From sequence record KY608965.1: a stretch of DNA of 64,000 nt; one strand, given 5' to 3'. Position numbers and translations under genes: made by a program. How positions within the stretch are numbered: position 1 is the stretch's first letter; every line of letters begins with the position of its first letter. Source of the DNA: Escherichia phage phiEC1. The notes beneath the pieces were generated by a model. The model saw only the letters and a program-made list of their open reading frames with translations, searched no databases and had not been told where the DNA came from. Positions 1 through 8,191 of the stretch are shown piece after piece.

Positions 1-1
1 A

Positions 2-454
2 AAAAAACCTTTAGACCCTAAAGAAGGCTATGCTGTTATATTTGACGAACGCGAGCAAGAATGGGTATATGTTGAAGACCATCGCGGAAAAACAGTATGG
101 ACATATGATAAGCAAAAAATTGTTATTGACACTCCAGGTGCTCTTCAAAATGTTACTACAGAAGAACCTGGTGAATTTGACATTTGGACAGATGACGGGT
201 GGAAGGAAGATGAAGCATATAAACGTGTAGTTCAACGTGATAAGAAAATTCATGAACTCTATAAATTATTCAGTGTTTTAAGTTCTCTTATTGACGCAGA
301 GGTTGCTAATAGAGAAGAAAAACGAAAATTTAAAGAGCTCAAAAAATTCTTTGCCCTTTTAGAAAAACATGAACATCTTGGCGGCGAATTCCCTAAATTC
401 CCTGACCTTGAAAACAAATCTATTATCAAAGCGATTATAAATATCTTTAAGTAA
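2..454 (+). CDS. 38: tail fibre assembly chaperone (Tfa-like, gp38), 5'-truncated at window edge
   Basis: Open frame from window start to TAA at 452-454; contains VEDHRGKTVW, matching the lambda Tfa/T4-type gp38 family; directly precedes holin t as in T-even genomes. Confidence 0.6.
   Translation, partial: KKPLDPKEGYAVIFDEREQEWVYVEDHRGKTVWTYDKQKIVIDTPGALQNVTTEEPGEFDIWTDDGWKEDEAYKRVVQRDKKIHELYKLFSVLSSLIDAEVANREEKRKFKELKKFFALLEKHEHLGGEFPKFPDLENKSIIKAIINIFK
436..443 (+). promoter_or_regulatory. late promoter box TATAAATA upstream of holin t
   Basis: Exact TATAAATA about 20 nt upstream of the t start, inside the 3' end of gene 38; T4 late promoters use this -10 element. Confidence 0.5.
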
Positions 455-463
455 GGAGGTATT

Positions 464-1123
464 ATGGCAACACCAAAAGTGTCATTTTCACCTAGTGATA
501 TTCTATTTGGGTTGCTAGATCGTATTTTCAAAGATAACGCTACTGGAAAGGTTTTAATGTCCCGAGTAGCGGTAATTATTCTTTTGTTCCTAATGGCACT
601 AATATGGTACAAAGGAAGTATTTTGCTGGATTATTATGTAAGATCTAAGTATGATACTTATACTGAAATAATCCAAAAAGAACGAGCTTTACGTTTTGAA
701 TCTGCGGCTCTAGAACAACTGCAAATAGTTCATATCTCATCTGGTGCAGATTTTAGTGCTGTGTATTCTTTCAGACCTAAAAACTTAAATTATTTTGTCG
801 ACCTTATAGCTTATGAAGGCAAACTACCTAGCACAATTTCTGAAAAGTCCCTTGGTGGATTCCCGGTGGATAAAACGGCCGATGAATATATAATTCATTT
901 AAGCGGCCGTCATTTCTCATCTAAATCAGAATTTGCATTTTTGCCTACAAAATCTAAGACTGCTGAACTTTCTTATATGTATAGTTGTCCATACTTTAAT
1001 TTGGATAACATCTATGCTGGAACTGTGACGATGTATTGGTATAAGGGGAGTAATATACTTGAGGAAGATCGCTTAGCAGCTATATGCAACCAAGCGGTCC
1101 GAATACTAGGAAGGGCTAAATAA
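464..1123 (+). CDS. t: holin T
   Basis: 219 aa; N-terminus MATPKVSFSPSDILFG and overall sequence closely match T4 holin as recalled; AAGGAGG Shine-Dalgarno 5-11 nt upstream. Confidence 0.9.
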   Translation: MATPKVSFSPSDILFGLLDRIFKDNATGKVLMSRVAVIILLFLMALIWYKGSILLDYYVRSKYDTYTEIIQKERALRFESAALEQLQIVHISSGADFSAVYSFRPKNLNYFVDLIAYEGKLPSTISEKSLGGFPVDKTADEYIIHLSGRHFSSKSEFAFLPTKSKTAELSYMYSCPYFNLDNIYAGTVTMYWYKGSNILEEDRLAAICNQAVRILGRAK

Positions 1124-1396
1124 TTAGTTGTTAGAATACATCGCTAAATGACGATAAATATTTTCAAAACCTTCATTGAATTCACTAATCAGTGTTTTCT
1201 TTTCTTCGGCAGTTAAATTTGTAATTAGTTTTCTGAACGAATTCTGATTTAGCTGCCGACCATCTTTTTTAATTCCAATCTCATTCAAGAATCCGATGAA
1301 ACTTGCTCGGTCTTCAACAATATCTTCCCTAGAGAATTTAATCAAAATAGAAGCAATAGTAATAATTTCGCGTACGATTTCAATGTCTTTATTCAT
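1124..1396 (-). CDS. asiA: anti-sigma70 factor AsiA
   Basis: 90 aa, MNKDIEIVREIITIASILIKFSREDIV... near-identical in pattern to T4 AsiA; ATG start; convergent with t. Confidence 0.9.
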   Translation of the reverse strand: MNKDIEIVREIITIASILIKFSREDIVEDRASFIGFLNEIGIKKDGRQLNQNSFRKLITNLTAEEKKTLISEFNEGFENIYRHLAMYSNN

Positions 1397-1430
1397 AACG
1401 TTTTATTCATTCCACTTAGTTGATATGGAT

Positions 1431-1460
1431 ATAGTACCATTATCAGTGTTGATTGTAAAC
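1431..1460 (-). promoter_or_regulatory. early-type promoter (GTTTAC N18 TACTAT) for asiA
   Basis: Minus-strand GTTTAC at 1460-1455 and TACTAT -10 about 18 nt downstream, inside the 3' end of the upstream ORF. Confidence 0.4.
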
Positions 1461-1604
1461 GGCTTTTTCTACGCTTTTAACGTAATCAATGTAGTCTTCC
1501 TGTTCATACGAGTGTAAGGCCAAGAATGGAACTAATAGTTCATTATAGACTAAAGCCTCACGCTCACGTTCGGCCTCTACTACGTTCTGAAGATTATGAC
1601 TCAT
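1443..1604 (-). CDS. hypothetical small protein (53 aa from internal ATG)
   Basis: Track ORF 1443-1658 overlaps the upstream gene; first ATG clear of most of that overlap is at 1604 (MSHNLQ...). Confidence 0.35.
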   Translation of the reverse strand: MSHNLQNVVEAEREREALVYNELLVPFLALHSYEQEDYIDYVKSVEKAVYNQH

Positions 1605-1893
1605 ATCGTTCCTTATAACTATCGATGTAATCCTGTATGTCAAAGAATGACATTTCATATTCTAGGACATTAAGAGCCCGTTCTTCAGTATAGTCAGAAC
1701 CAAAGACGATAGTAATTTCACCAGGCTTCATATGATTGAAATCGACACTAAAAGGAATACGAGAACATACTTCGTCTGCCATATCTACGATAACACTACG
1801 ACACACTTCTCGGTTAACCTGATAAAGCTCTGCAAGTTCTTCACATCGAATAACAAGTTCAGTGGCAGGATTTTCTTTGATTTTAGTAAGCAT
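1594..1893 (-). CDS. hypothetical acidic protein (99 aa)
   Basis: ATG start; lies in the arn/asiA-proximal region of the T4 map; no recognisable motif. Confidence 0.5.
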   Translation of the reverse strand: MLTKIKENPATELVIRCEELAELYQVNREVCRSVIVDMADEVCSRIPFSVDFNHMKPGEITIVFGSDYTEERALNVLEYEMSFFDIQDYIDSYKERYES

Positions 1894-1967
1894 AGTCTTT
1901 ACCCTTATGTTTTTGTTTGCGTTTAGATTGAAGTTCTGATTTCTTCTTGTCCTTATGGACAGAAGCC

Positions 1968-2195
1968 TTATTGAAATCGTGTTTTGCTACAAGATTGTTC
2001 ATAATGATTTATAACCTCATTTAAACATTTGTCTGTGAAAGAAAACTTTTTAGCCACAGAACATTCGATAATGTGCTCTTTCAAATCTTTAGAGTCAGTA
2101 TAACCCATCTCAGTAATAAAGTGGCGAATTAAAGCTTTATTCTTATCATTAACAGAATTAAAATAATCTGCTTTAGAATCAATTATTCTCATCAT
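1968..2195 (-). CDS. hypothetical protein (75 aa)
   Basis: ATG start overlapping the stop of the upstream ORF by about 17 nt. Confidence 0.45.
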   Translation of the reverse strand: MMRIIDSKADYFNSVNDKNKALIRHFITEMGYTDSKDLKEHIIECSVAKKFSFTDKCLNEVINHYEQSCSKTRFQ

Positions 2196-2460
2196 CTAAT
2201 TTCCTTAATTGATATTGCAACGAGCTAATAATTTCTTCGTTAATTTTAATATACATGTCACGCAAGAAAGGTTTTAACCCATCACGAATAATTGCTAACG
2301 TATCACCTTTACATAAATTAACCAAATAAGGATGATCTAAAGCATCCCAACCAGGCTGATTAGCATACATACCATAATTTTCTTCCATCATAGCATTCAG
2401 GCGTTTGATATGATTAATGTGGGCTTCAATAGCATCAATCTGGAGTTGTTTAAGATTCAT
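2179..2460 (-). CDS. hypothetical protein (93 aa)
   Basis: ATG start; ATGA overlap with upstream ORF. Confidence 0.5.
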   Translation of the reverse strand: MNLKQLQIDAIEAHINHIKRLNAMMEENYGMYANQPGWDALDHPYLVNLCKGDTLAIIRDGLKPFLRDMYIKINEEIISSLQYQLRKLDDENN

Positions 2461-2921
2461 TAGTAAAGGTCCTCAGAGTAAAGTTCTTTTTCATTACCAC
2501 CACGTTCAATACGTACTTGTCCAGCGTAAGTTGCAATAATCATTGCTTCTTCACGTGTCCAATAATTACTATATTGGTCAATAAACCCTTGGTCATCATC
2601 ACAAACTTGTTGAGTAACTAATTGAGGTTTAACTACATCTAAAACTTCTGCCATATCTTTAGAATAATGACGAGCACCTGGAATAATAAGAGTTCGTCCA
2701 TCTTTTAATTTAAAACGGTTGGCTGCGCAGACAATTCGTCGTTGATACTTTTGGTTTTCATCCCAATACAGAGTCTGCCAACAGATTTCAGGAACTTCGT
2801 CTAAAACATTTTGTTCTGTATATTCACCACCGTAAGAAGCTAATTTAGCAGCCAGACTTTCCGGAGTCTCACGCGACAAAGCTTTATCTAACAGAGCTAA
2901 ACGTTCTTTAAAAGTTTTCAT
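2460..2921 (-). CDS. hypothetical protein (153 aa)
   Basis: ATG start; ATGA coupling with the ORF at 2918-3247. Confidence 0.55.
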   Translation of the reverse strand: MKTFKERLALLDKALSRETPESLAAKLASYGGEYTEQNVLDEVPEICWQTLYWDENQKYQRRIVCAANRFKLKDGRTLIIPGARHYSKDMAEVLDVVKPQLVTQQVCDDDQGFIDQYSNYWTREEAMIIATYAGQVRIERGGNEKELYSEDLY

Positions 2922-3247
2922 TTAAACCATCCTTTAATACGTTGCCAAATAGATTTTTGTGATTGTTTATTTACACCAATCGAACGAATAACCGGTTGTG
3001 ACTGCTGATATTCTTTATAATCTTCTTTATAGATTTCGTAAGCTGCATCAACAAATGAACTGATCGCTGCCATGTAGTTTTTACGAAGGCCAAATGGCGC
3101 GTCATTATTTTCACGAATAACCGTATATTGGCCTGCTTTAATCTTTACAATTGTCCCTAAATAAGCCCCGTGGTACCAAATATCCCATCCTTCCTGAGTA
3201 GGTTCTGCACATTTACGAAGTTCGTTAATAATATTCAGCTTATTCAT
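2918..3247 (-). CDS. hypothetical protein (109 aa)
   Basis: ATG start immediately downstream of motA. Confidence 0.55.
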   Translation of the reverse strand: MNKLNIINELRKCAEPTQEGWDIWYHGAYLGTIVKIKAGQYTVIRENNDAPFGLRKNYMAAISSFVDAAYEIYKEDYKEYQQSQPVIRSIGVNKQSQKSIWQRIKGWFK

Positions 3248-3257
3248 TATGTATTCC

Positions 3258-3890
3258 TCACAGTACGTTAGTTACAAGGGTAATGATTTCTTTGGACACA
3301 TTAGGGAAGTCAATGTAAGTATATTTACCACCGATCTTAATCTTAACATCATTTTCAAGAGAAGTAAACAGCTTTGATTCAGTTTCTGACATGTTGTATG
3401 CAAAGATTCTAAGAGCGCCATCTCGTCGAATTTCGATCTGACGAATACCTAGAACTCGTTTAGCGAATCGAACTTCTAAGTTACTACGGTTTTCACCAAT
3501 TTCTTTAACTTCAACTTTATCTTTAATATTTTCAAAAACAAAGTTTGCTAATTCATGCATTTCAGGAGTAACTCCACGTGCTTTTCTGGTGTTACGTTTC
3601 TGAAGAAGTTCTGGAGCATTTTCTTGGGCAAAGAGGTCTGCAGCTTTTTGGATAATATCCATTGCTTCGCCTGTTGCTACAAGTCCATCACCGGATTTTT
3701 CGACTAAACCTTTCTTAATCAATACACCAATGTTAGAGTTAACAACTGATGCATTGTATTCTGCTTCCAGAGCTTCACGGACATTGGCAGCAGTGGTGAA
3801 GTTGTTCTTAATGATATAAACCATTATTGCAGCAGTTTTTTCATTCAGAGCGTTTTCAGAAGCTTTGATGATGTAAGTAACTTTAGACAT
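3258..3890 (-). CDS. motA: middle-transcription activator MotA
   Basis: 210 aa; N-terminus MSKVTYIIKAS... and central NSNIGVLIKKGLVEKSGDGL segment match T4 MotA as recalled; GGAG SD. Confidence 0.9.
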   Translation of the reverse strand: MSKVTYIIKASENALNEKTAAIMVYIIKNNFTTAANVREALEAEYNASVVNSNIGVLIKKGLVEKSGDGLVATGEAMDIIQKAADLFAQENAPELLQKRNTRKARGVTPEMHELANFVFENIKDKVEVKEIGENRSNLEVRFAKRVLGIRQIEIRRDGALRIFAYNMSETESKLFTSLENDVKIKIGGKYTYIDFPNVSKEIITLVTNVL

Positions 3891-3946
3891 TTTATTTCTC
3901 CAAATTAGTATTTGTTTTGATAGGTCTATAATATCATGTTTGAAGC
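3882..3946. repeat. 65-bp direct repeat, copy A (promoter + leader + start codon of motA)
   Basis: Identical to 4201-4265 on visual alignment. Confidence 0.8.
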
Positions 3947-3956
3947 AAAAGTAAAC
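3928..3956 (-). promoter_or_regulatory. early promoter (GTTTAC N17 TATTAT) for motA
   Basis: Minus-strand GTTTAC (3956-3951), 17-nt spacer, TATTAT; part of the dispersed taggtctataatatcat module. Confidence 0.6.
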
Positions 3957-3993
3957 TTTATTTTGGGCTCTTTTTCAAAAGCCCTGGTAAAAT

Positions 3994-4209
3994 TTACAAA
4001 CTCATTTCTTTAATAAGGCCAATAAGTTTTGCCTTTTTAGAACGAAGCTTTTCTAAATGATATCCGTTTGAACCGCGAACCACTAAAGAATTGATTTCAA
4101 CTTCTAAGAAATTTAATTCTTCAACAAGTGCTTTACGAGGAGCATTCATACCAGGTTTAACTTTACCGAAACGAGTAGTTGTGTTTTGGGTTAATTTCAT
4201 TTTAGACAT
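3994..4209 (-). CDS. hypothetical protein (71 aa; motA.1-position)
   Basis: Start set to ATG at 4209 (MSKMKL...), preceded by the same GGAG leader as motA; the longer track ORF to 4269 would read through the promoter. Confidence 0.55.
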   Translation of the reverse strand: MSKMKLTQNTTTRFGKVKPGMNAPRKALVEELNFLEVEINSLVVRGSNGYHLEKLRSKKAKLIGLIKEMSL

Positions 4210-4265
4210 TTTATTTCTCCAAATTAGTATTTGTTTTGATAGGTCTATAATATCATGTTTGAAGC
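4201..4265. repeat. 65-bp direct repeat, copy B
   Basis: Identical to 3882-3946. Confidence 0.8.
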
Positions 4266-4275
4266 GCATGTAAAC
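4247..4275 (-). promoter_or_regulatory. early promoter (GTTTAC N17 TATTAT) for the 3994-4209 gene
   Basis: Same module as at 3928-3956; -35 GTTTAC at 4275-4270. Confidence 0.6.
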
Positions 4276-4284
4276 TGTTTTGTG

Positions 4285-4318
4285 AGAAAAAAATGCACAA
4301 AAGGGAGCCGAAGCTCCC
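4285..4318 (-). terminator. intrinsic terminator downstream of gene 52
   Basis: GGGAGC-UUCG-GCUCCC hairpin (4303-4318) followed on the minus strand by UUUUGUGCAUUUUUUU. Confidence 0.6.
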
Positions 4319-4393
4319 TAATCATGTTTGTCCAACCAATACAGCCAAATCACTAGTGCAGTTATTGCACCGAGAAATCCTAAGGCTAGGCAC

Positions 4394-5719
4394 TCAAAGT
4401 GCCTCCAAGTCTTTAGTGTACTCTGTCACAACATCAGTAGACTTCCAATACTCATTTTCTTCTTTCTTAGCTTTAGCTTCTTCTGCTAGTTTACGTGCTT
4501 CATCGGAAGTGATATGGAAGATGTTAAGACCTACCAGTTTATCGACATGTTCTTTGTACATTTCGATTTGTGCTAGCTCTTCAGTCAAAGCTTTACGGGT
4601 CTTGCCTTGAATCACAATTTCGCCACTGATAACTTTTTTGATGAAGTGTGCCTTAGCAAAAGCAAGTTTAAATGCTTTTTCAGATTCAATGATTTTGTTG
4701 TCAATACGTTTCTGAACGTAAGTCTTACGGACTTCAACAAAATCTTTGATTAAGTCTACTACATTATCGTAGACCGCTAATTTACCCTTTTCATTAATCA
4801 CTGTGATGTTTTGTGAACGACGTTCGATGAGACTAAAATCTTTCATGATTTTTTCATGACGTAGCTCTTCGTCATCTGGAAGCGAGTACTCTTTACGGAA
4901 CTTCACCTTAAACCCAAAGCCGTGTTCACCACAATCATCTTCCCATGAGATTAGACCTTTGTCTTCCAACGGGTCAAGAACCTTACTCACATACGTTTCA
5001 CGGTCGAATTTATATGGGATTTCAGTTATCTGCATTTGAGTACGAGATGTGAACTTGTACGTTCCGTGAATCTCATAACGCCCATCAACTTCATGCACTT
5101 CACCACGGAATTCTGGAAATTCAACTTTTGGCTTAGTGACATTTTTACCTTGAAGAGCTTGTAATACGGCCTTTTTGACTGATTTAAAACTATGAGGCAG
5201 AATATTTGTTGCGTAACCGGTTGCAATACCAGAGACGCCATTCAAAAGAACGGTCGGAATAATAGGAAGATAGAATTTTGGTGGAACGTGTTCTTTATCT
5301 TCATGAGCTGGAGCATATTCAGTATCTTTATATACGTTATAGAAATTTTTACTTACACGAGCAAAAATATAACGAGATGCTGCAGCTTTTTGGACTGTTC
5401 TAGAACCAAAGTTGCCTTGGCCATCTAACAGTGGATAGTTGTTGTTCCATGTGTTAGCCATTAATGCACCTGCATCTTGTGCAGAAGATTCACCATGGTG
5501 ATAACCTAAATCTGCAACACCGCCTGCAATTGACGCAAGTTTATGAAATTTTTCTTTATTACCACGAGCCAAATCTAACGCACGATGGACCACAAAACGT
5601 TGAACCGGCTTAAATCCATCAATCATGTTTGGGATTGCACGGTTTTCAACGGTGTACATAGCATATGCTAAGGCTTCATTATCAATAATACTTTTTAGAT
5701 TACGAGAATTCAATTGCAT
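4394..5719 (-). CDS. 52: DNA topoisomerase II medium subunit (GyrA-like)
   Basis: 441 aa; MQLNSRNLKSIIDNEALAYAMYTVENRAIP... with catalytic-tyrosine context SRYIFAR; closely matches T4 gp52 as recalled. Confidence 0.95.
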   Translation of the reverse strand: MQLNSRNLKSIIDNEALAYAMYTVENRAIPNMIDGFKPVQRFVVHRALDLARGNKEKFHKLASIAGGVADLGYHHGESSAQDAGALMANTWNNNYPLLDGQGNFGSRTVQKAAASRYIFARVSKNFYNVYKDTEYAPAHEDKEHVPPKFYLPIIPTVLLNGVSGIATGYATNILPHSFKSVKKAVLQALQGKNVTKPKVEFPEFRGEVHEVDGRYEIHGTYKFTSRTQMQITEIPYKFDRETYVSKVLDPLEDKGLISWEDDCGEHGFGFKVKFRKEYSLPDDEELRHEKIMKDFSLIERRSQNITVINEKGKLAVYDNVVDLIKDFVEVRKTYVQKRIDNKIIESEKAFKLAFAKAHFIKKVISGEIVIQGKTRKALTEELAQIEMYKEHVDKLVGLNIFHITSDEARKLAEEAKAKKEENEYWKSTDVVTEYTKDLEAL

Positions 5720-5723
5720 ATTT

Positions 5724-5864
5724 TCACCATATTAATGAACGAATATCCATTATAACATCTGAAATGAAAAGCACTACTTGGATTAGTCCAAACATCACAC
5801 CGTAGTACAGAACAGTAAGCAACAACAAGAGCCCTAAGGCTCCTGCTAAGATTTTCTTAATCAT
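5724..5864 (-). CDS. small hydrophobic membrane peptide (46 aa)
   Basis: ATG start sharing TAATG with the upstream small ORF; occupies the ac/52.1 position of the T4 map; below the track's 60-aa cutoff. Confidence 0.4.
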   Translation of the reverse strand: MIKKILAGALGLLLLLTVLYYGVMFGLIQVVLFISDVIMDIRSLIW

Positions 5865-6010
5865 TACTCGCCTTTTAATACGTTAAGAAGAGCTAAGACC
5901 GCTAAGGTACCTTGTGATACGGCCTGTTGAAATACTGTTGTTTCGCCTGTAACTAAAGTGTTAACTAATAAAAACGACCAACACAGCAATGCAATAATCC
6001 ATGCTACCAT
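5864..6010 (-). CDS. small hydrophobic membrane peptide (48 aa)
   Basis: ATG start; single predicted transmembrane stretch; between ndd and gene 52. Confidence 0.4.
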   Translation of the reverse strand: MVAWIIALLCWSFLLVNTLVTGETTVFQQAVSQGTLAVLALLNVLKGE

Positions 6011-6062
6011 TTTAATTACCTCAAAAATAAATTAAAGGCCTAACTTAATAGGCCTGTATAAA

Positions 6063-6509
6063 TTAGTAACTCTGCAGAATAAATTTGAAATTATCGGCCA
6101 GAAGACGGTTCATTTCAGTGAGTGTTTGATATTCTGATGTATGGTTGCGAGTGAACGCTAGAGCCAATTGTCCTTTACCATAACCAGTAGTCAGGGGTTT
6201 CATGTTCTTGGCTGAAACAAAGATTACGTCATATTCAATATTATTAGTGCCCATGGTACGGGCGAGTTGCGAACGGCCTTGACGAATGTGAGAAAGAATT
6301 GCATCCAACCCTTGTTTAGAACGTTGACGTCCTACAAAGAACCGTGCTGCTACTTGTCGCCAATCAGATGAACCTTTAACAAAGAAGTAAAAACCTTCAC
6401 GAGAACGAAACTCTTTAGAAACTTCAGAACCGTATTCGCCATTACGAACTACTGCAACAACTTCACCGCCAACTGCCAGAAGGTCTTTACGAGTTAAATA
6501 TTTGGACAT
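6063..6509 (-). CDS. ndd: nucleoid disruption protein Ndd
   Basis: 148 aa; ...FYVGNQRSKQG...LSHIRQ.RSQLART...[37 protein letters not shown] pattern matches T4 Ndd as recalled. Confidence 0.85.
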   Translation of the reverse strand: MSKYLTRKDLLAVGGEVVAVVRNGEYGSEVSKEFRSREGFYFFVKGSSDWRQVAARFFVGRQRSKQGLDAILSHIRQGRSQLARTMGTNNIEYDVIFVSAKNMKPLTTGYGKGQLALAFTRNHTSEYQTLTEMNRLLADNFKFILQSY

Positions 6510-6553
6510 GCTAATTTCCTCAATTGATTAATGTTTTTGTAATCCATGAGAGC

Positions 6554-6582
6554 ATTATACTCTGCTCTCAAGAGTTTGTACA
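6554..6582 (-). promoter_or_regulatory. early promoter (TGTACA N17 TATAAT) for ndd, with -10 inside a GAGAGC/GCTCTC hairpin
   Basis: Minus-strand TATAAT in the loop of the inverted repeat at 6548-6569; -35-like TGTACA. Confidence 0.5.
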
Positions 6583-6585
6583 ATT

Positions 6586-6786
6586 TTATTCGGCTATATC
6601 AGAACGTTCAAAAAGCTCTTCAACAGTTAAACATTCAGTGTCATCTTCAATAAAGAATCGAGTCCAACACGTTGGGGCGATGCAGTTATGAGTTTGTCCG
6701 GCTATAGAAGCTACACGAATAAGCTGCTGTCCGTTATTCAGAACAAATTTTTCACCAATTTCAACATCTTTAAAAAGCTTAGCCAT
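6586..6786 (-). CDS. hypothetical protein (66 aa)
   Basis: ATG start with GAGGA SD; ndd.x position. Confidence 0.5.
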   Translation of the reverse strand: MAKLFKDVEIGEKFVLNNGQQLIRVASIAGQTHNCIAPTCWTRFFIEDDTECLTVEELFERSDIAE

Positions 6787-6815
6787 TTTGTGTTCCTCAT
6801 GTTTCAGTAGGACTA

Positions 6816-6844
6816 CTATACCATAATCCTACTGTGTTGTAAAC
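6816..6844 (-). promoter_or_regulatory. early promoter (GTTTAC N18 TATAGT)
   Basis: GTTTAC at 6844-6839; -10 TATAGT inside the TAGGACT...ATCCTA inverted repeat. Confidence 0.45.
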
Positions 6845-7036
6845 AATTAAATTACATTAAAATATGTTAAAGCCAACCATGTTCCAGTGAACGAACATGC
6901 AATGTAAAAACCCGTATCACAAATTGTTCTTAGTACAATAAGAAGTGCATTTTTCATAAGTACCTCAACACAATTGAAAATATTATACAAATCATTGGGA
7001 TACTAAGCAACCATATTCCGATCCACATTTTAGAGC

Positions 7037-7300
7037 TCATATCTCAACTTCCGCGAGTTCCATATATCCTTTGTTGATAACCTCTTTAAGGTCTTTAGAA
7101 AGAATAACACCAAAATGGTCGTTCATATGTCCGTTAACTAAACGAGTTATTTCAGCTTCAGATGACATATAAGGCACGTCTGAGTCCCAATGAGATAGAC
7201 TTAAATGAGTATAAATCATCCCTTCGTCATCTGCGGTGTTGTACATTGAAACAAATTCGCCTGTTACTTTATGTTTTGCGTAGAAAAATTTAAATTTCAT
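7037..7300 (-). CDS. hypothetical protein (87 aa)
   Basis: ATG start, SD AGAGGA. Confidence 0.5.
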   Translation of the reverse strand: MKFKFFYAKHKVTGEFVSMYNTADDEGMIYTHLSLSHWDSDVPYMSSEAEITRLVNGHMNDHFGVILSKDLKEVINKGYMELAEVEI

Positions 7301-7326
7301 GATGTTATCCTCTTTTAGATAGGACT

Positions 7327-7356
7327 ACTATATCATAGTCCTACTTAGTTGTAAAC
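7327..7356 (-). promoter_or_regulatory. early promoter (GTTTAC N18 TATAGT) within AGGACTA/TAGTCCT hairpin
   Basis: GTTTAC at 7356-7351; inverted repeat 7321-7342 encloses the -10. Confidence 0.5.
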
Positions 7357-7368
7357 ACTTTTATGAAA

Positions 7369-7926
7369 TTAAAGATGAAGATACCAGCCGTTGTAGTTGC
7401 TCTTGCGGACGGTTTTCTTTAGGTCTTCATGGTCTCCCACGAACTTTATAGAATAAGAGAAGACGTCAGGTGAGGTTTCTTTGACATCTAATATAATAAT
7501 GCAATCTGCGACTCGATGGTTCAAGAAGGGCCCTATATTGATTCCATTACCACCCGGATAATCACCACTGTATCCTGTGGTAACCGAAATCCATTTCGAA
7601 TCCATCTGATGGGTCTTTACTTCTACGCGTAGACCACAGTACTTAGGATGAGCTAAAACGTCCCATGCATACGTGTACGGGTCTTCTACGTCTTCAATAC
7701 CTTTATTAACATATCCGTCTAGCCAATTTGCTACTACATACTCGGCAAAGACTGCAACCTTACAACGTCGAACTACGTCTTCTTTTATTTGACCTGGATC
7801 TTGTTTCAACGAGTACCGAGCGGTATCAGCGATCTTCACCTTCATTTCGCTAGTCAAAAACTCATTCGACAGGATAAATGTCGGAAGATTCTTCAGTCTC
7901 AACAGCCCCAAGTTCGTCTTTACCAT
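7369..7926 (-). CDS. denB: probable endonuclease IV (DenB)
   Basis: Start set to internal ATG at 7926 (AGAGGT SD), giving 185 aa, the size of T4 DenB at the same map position; the longer track ORF starts at 7989. Confidence 0.45.
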   Translation of the reverse strand: MVKTNLGLLRLKNLPTFILSNEFLTSEMKVKIADTARYSLKQDPGQIKEDVVRRCKVAVFAEYVVANWLDGYVNKGIEDVEDPYTYAWDVLAHPKYCGLRVEVKTHQMDSKWISVTTGYSGDYPGGNGINIGPFLNHRVADCIIILDVKETSPDVFSYSIKFVGDHEDLKKTVRKSNYNGWYLHL

Positions 7927-8149
7927 AGATACCTCTGATGTGTAGTTCGCCAAAATAAATGCGGTCTCCTTCTTCAAGATATTCTGCATCTACAGGCGGG
8001 ATTTCAATAACAACTTCGTCGCATTCTAACCAGCCGTAGTGTGCATCACCAGGATGTTTTACCAATTTAGCACAATAAACTGATTTACACTTATGATGAC
8101 CACGAAGATTAGCAATTTTGGATTCTGATACGTCAAATGGATGAATCAT
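7862..8149 (-). CDS. hypothetical Cys/His-rich protein (95 aa)
   Basis: Track ORF begins with TTG inside the rIIB terminator; first ATG with AGGGG SD is at 8149; contains HHKCKSVYCAKLVKH; overlaps denB start by 65 nt. Confidence 0.35.
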   Translation of the reverse strand: MIHPFDVSESKIANLRGHHKCKSVYCAKLVKHPGDAHYGWLECDEVVIEIPPVDAEYLEEGDRIYFGELHIRGIYGKDELGAVETEESSDIYPVE

Positions 8150-8161
8150 AATTACCCCTAA

Positions 8162-8186
8162 AGAAAAAAAGGGGACCGAAGTCCCC
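8162..8186 (-). terminator. intrinsic terminator downstream of rIIB
   Basis: GGGGAC-UUCG-GUCCCC hairpin followed by UUUUUUUCUU on the minus strand. Confidence 0.65.
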
Positions 8187-8191
8187 AATTA

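Noticed and set aside
3941-3949. MotA box (TGCTTCA) inside the motA promoter module
   Set aside because: It lies at about -25 to -22 relative to the -10 element, not centred near -30, and the promoter has an early-type GTTTAC -35.
3965-3984. GGGCTC...AAAAGCCC hairpin downstream of the 3994-4209 gene as an intrinsic terminator
   Set aside because: Imperfect stem and no U-run on the transcribed (minus) strand.
3994-4269. Longer track versions of several ORFs (3994-4269, 15737-16009, 31578-32063, 44541-45242, 53596-54048, 57325-57876 and others)
   Set aside because: The track allows TTG/GTG starts and takes the longest frame; the extensions run through promoters, terminator stems or upstream genes, and an SD-preceded ATG gives the size expected from T4 homologues.
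4388-4404. AGGCACT/AGTGCCT inverted repeat spanning the gene 52 stop codon as a terminator
   Set aside because: No U-run follows, and the UUCG hairpin at 4303-4318 is a better terminator candidate.
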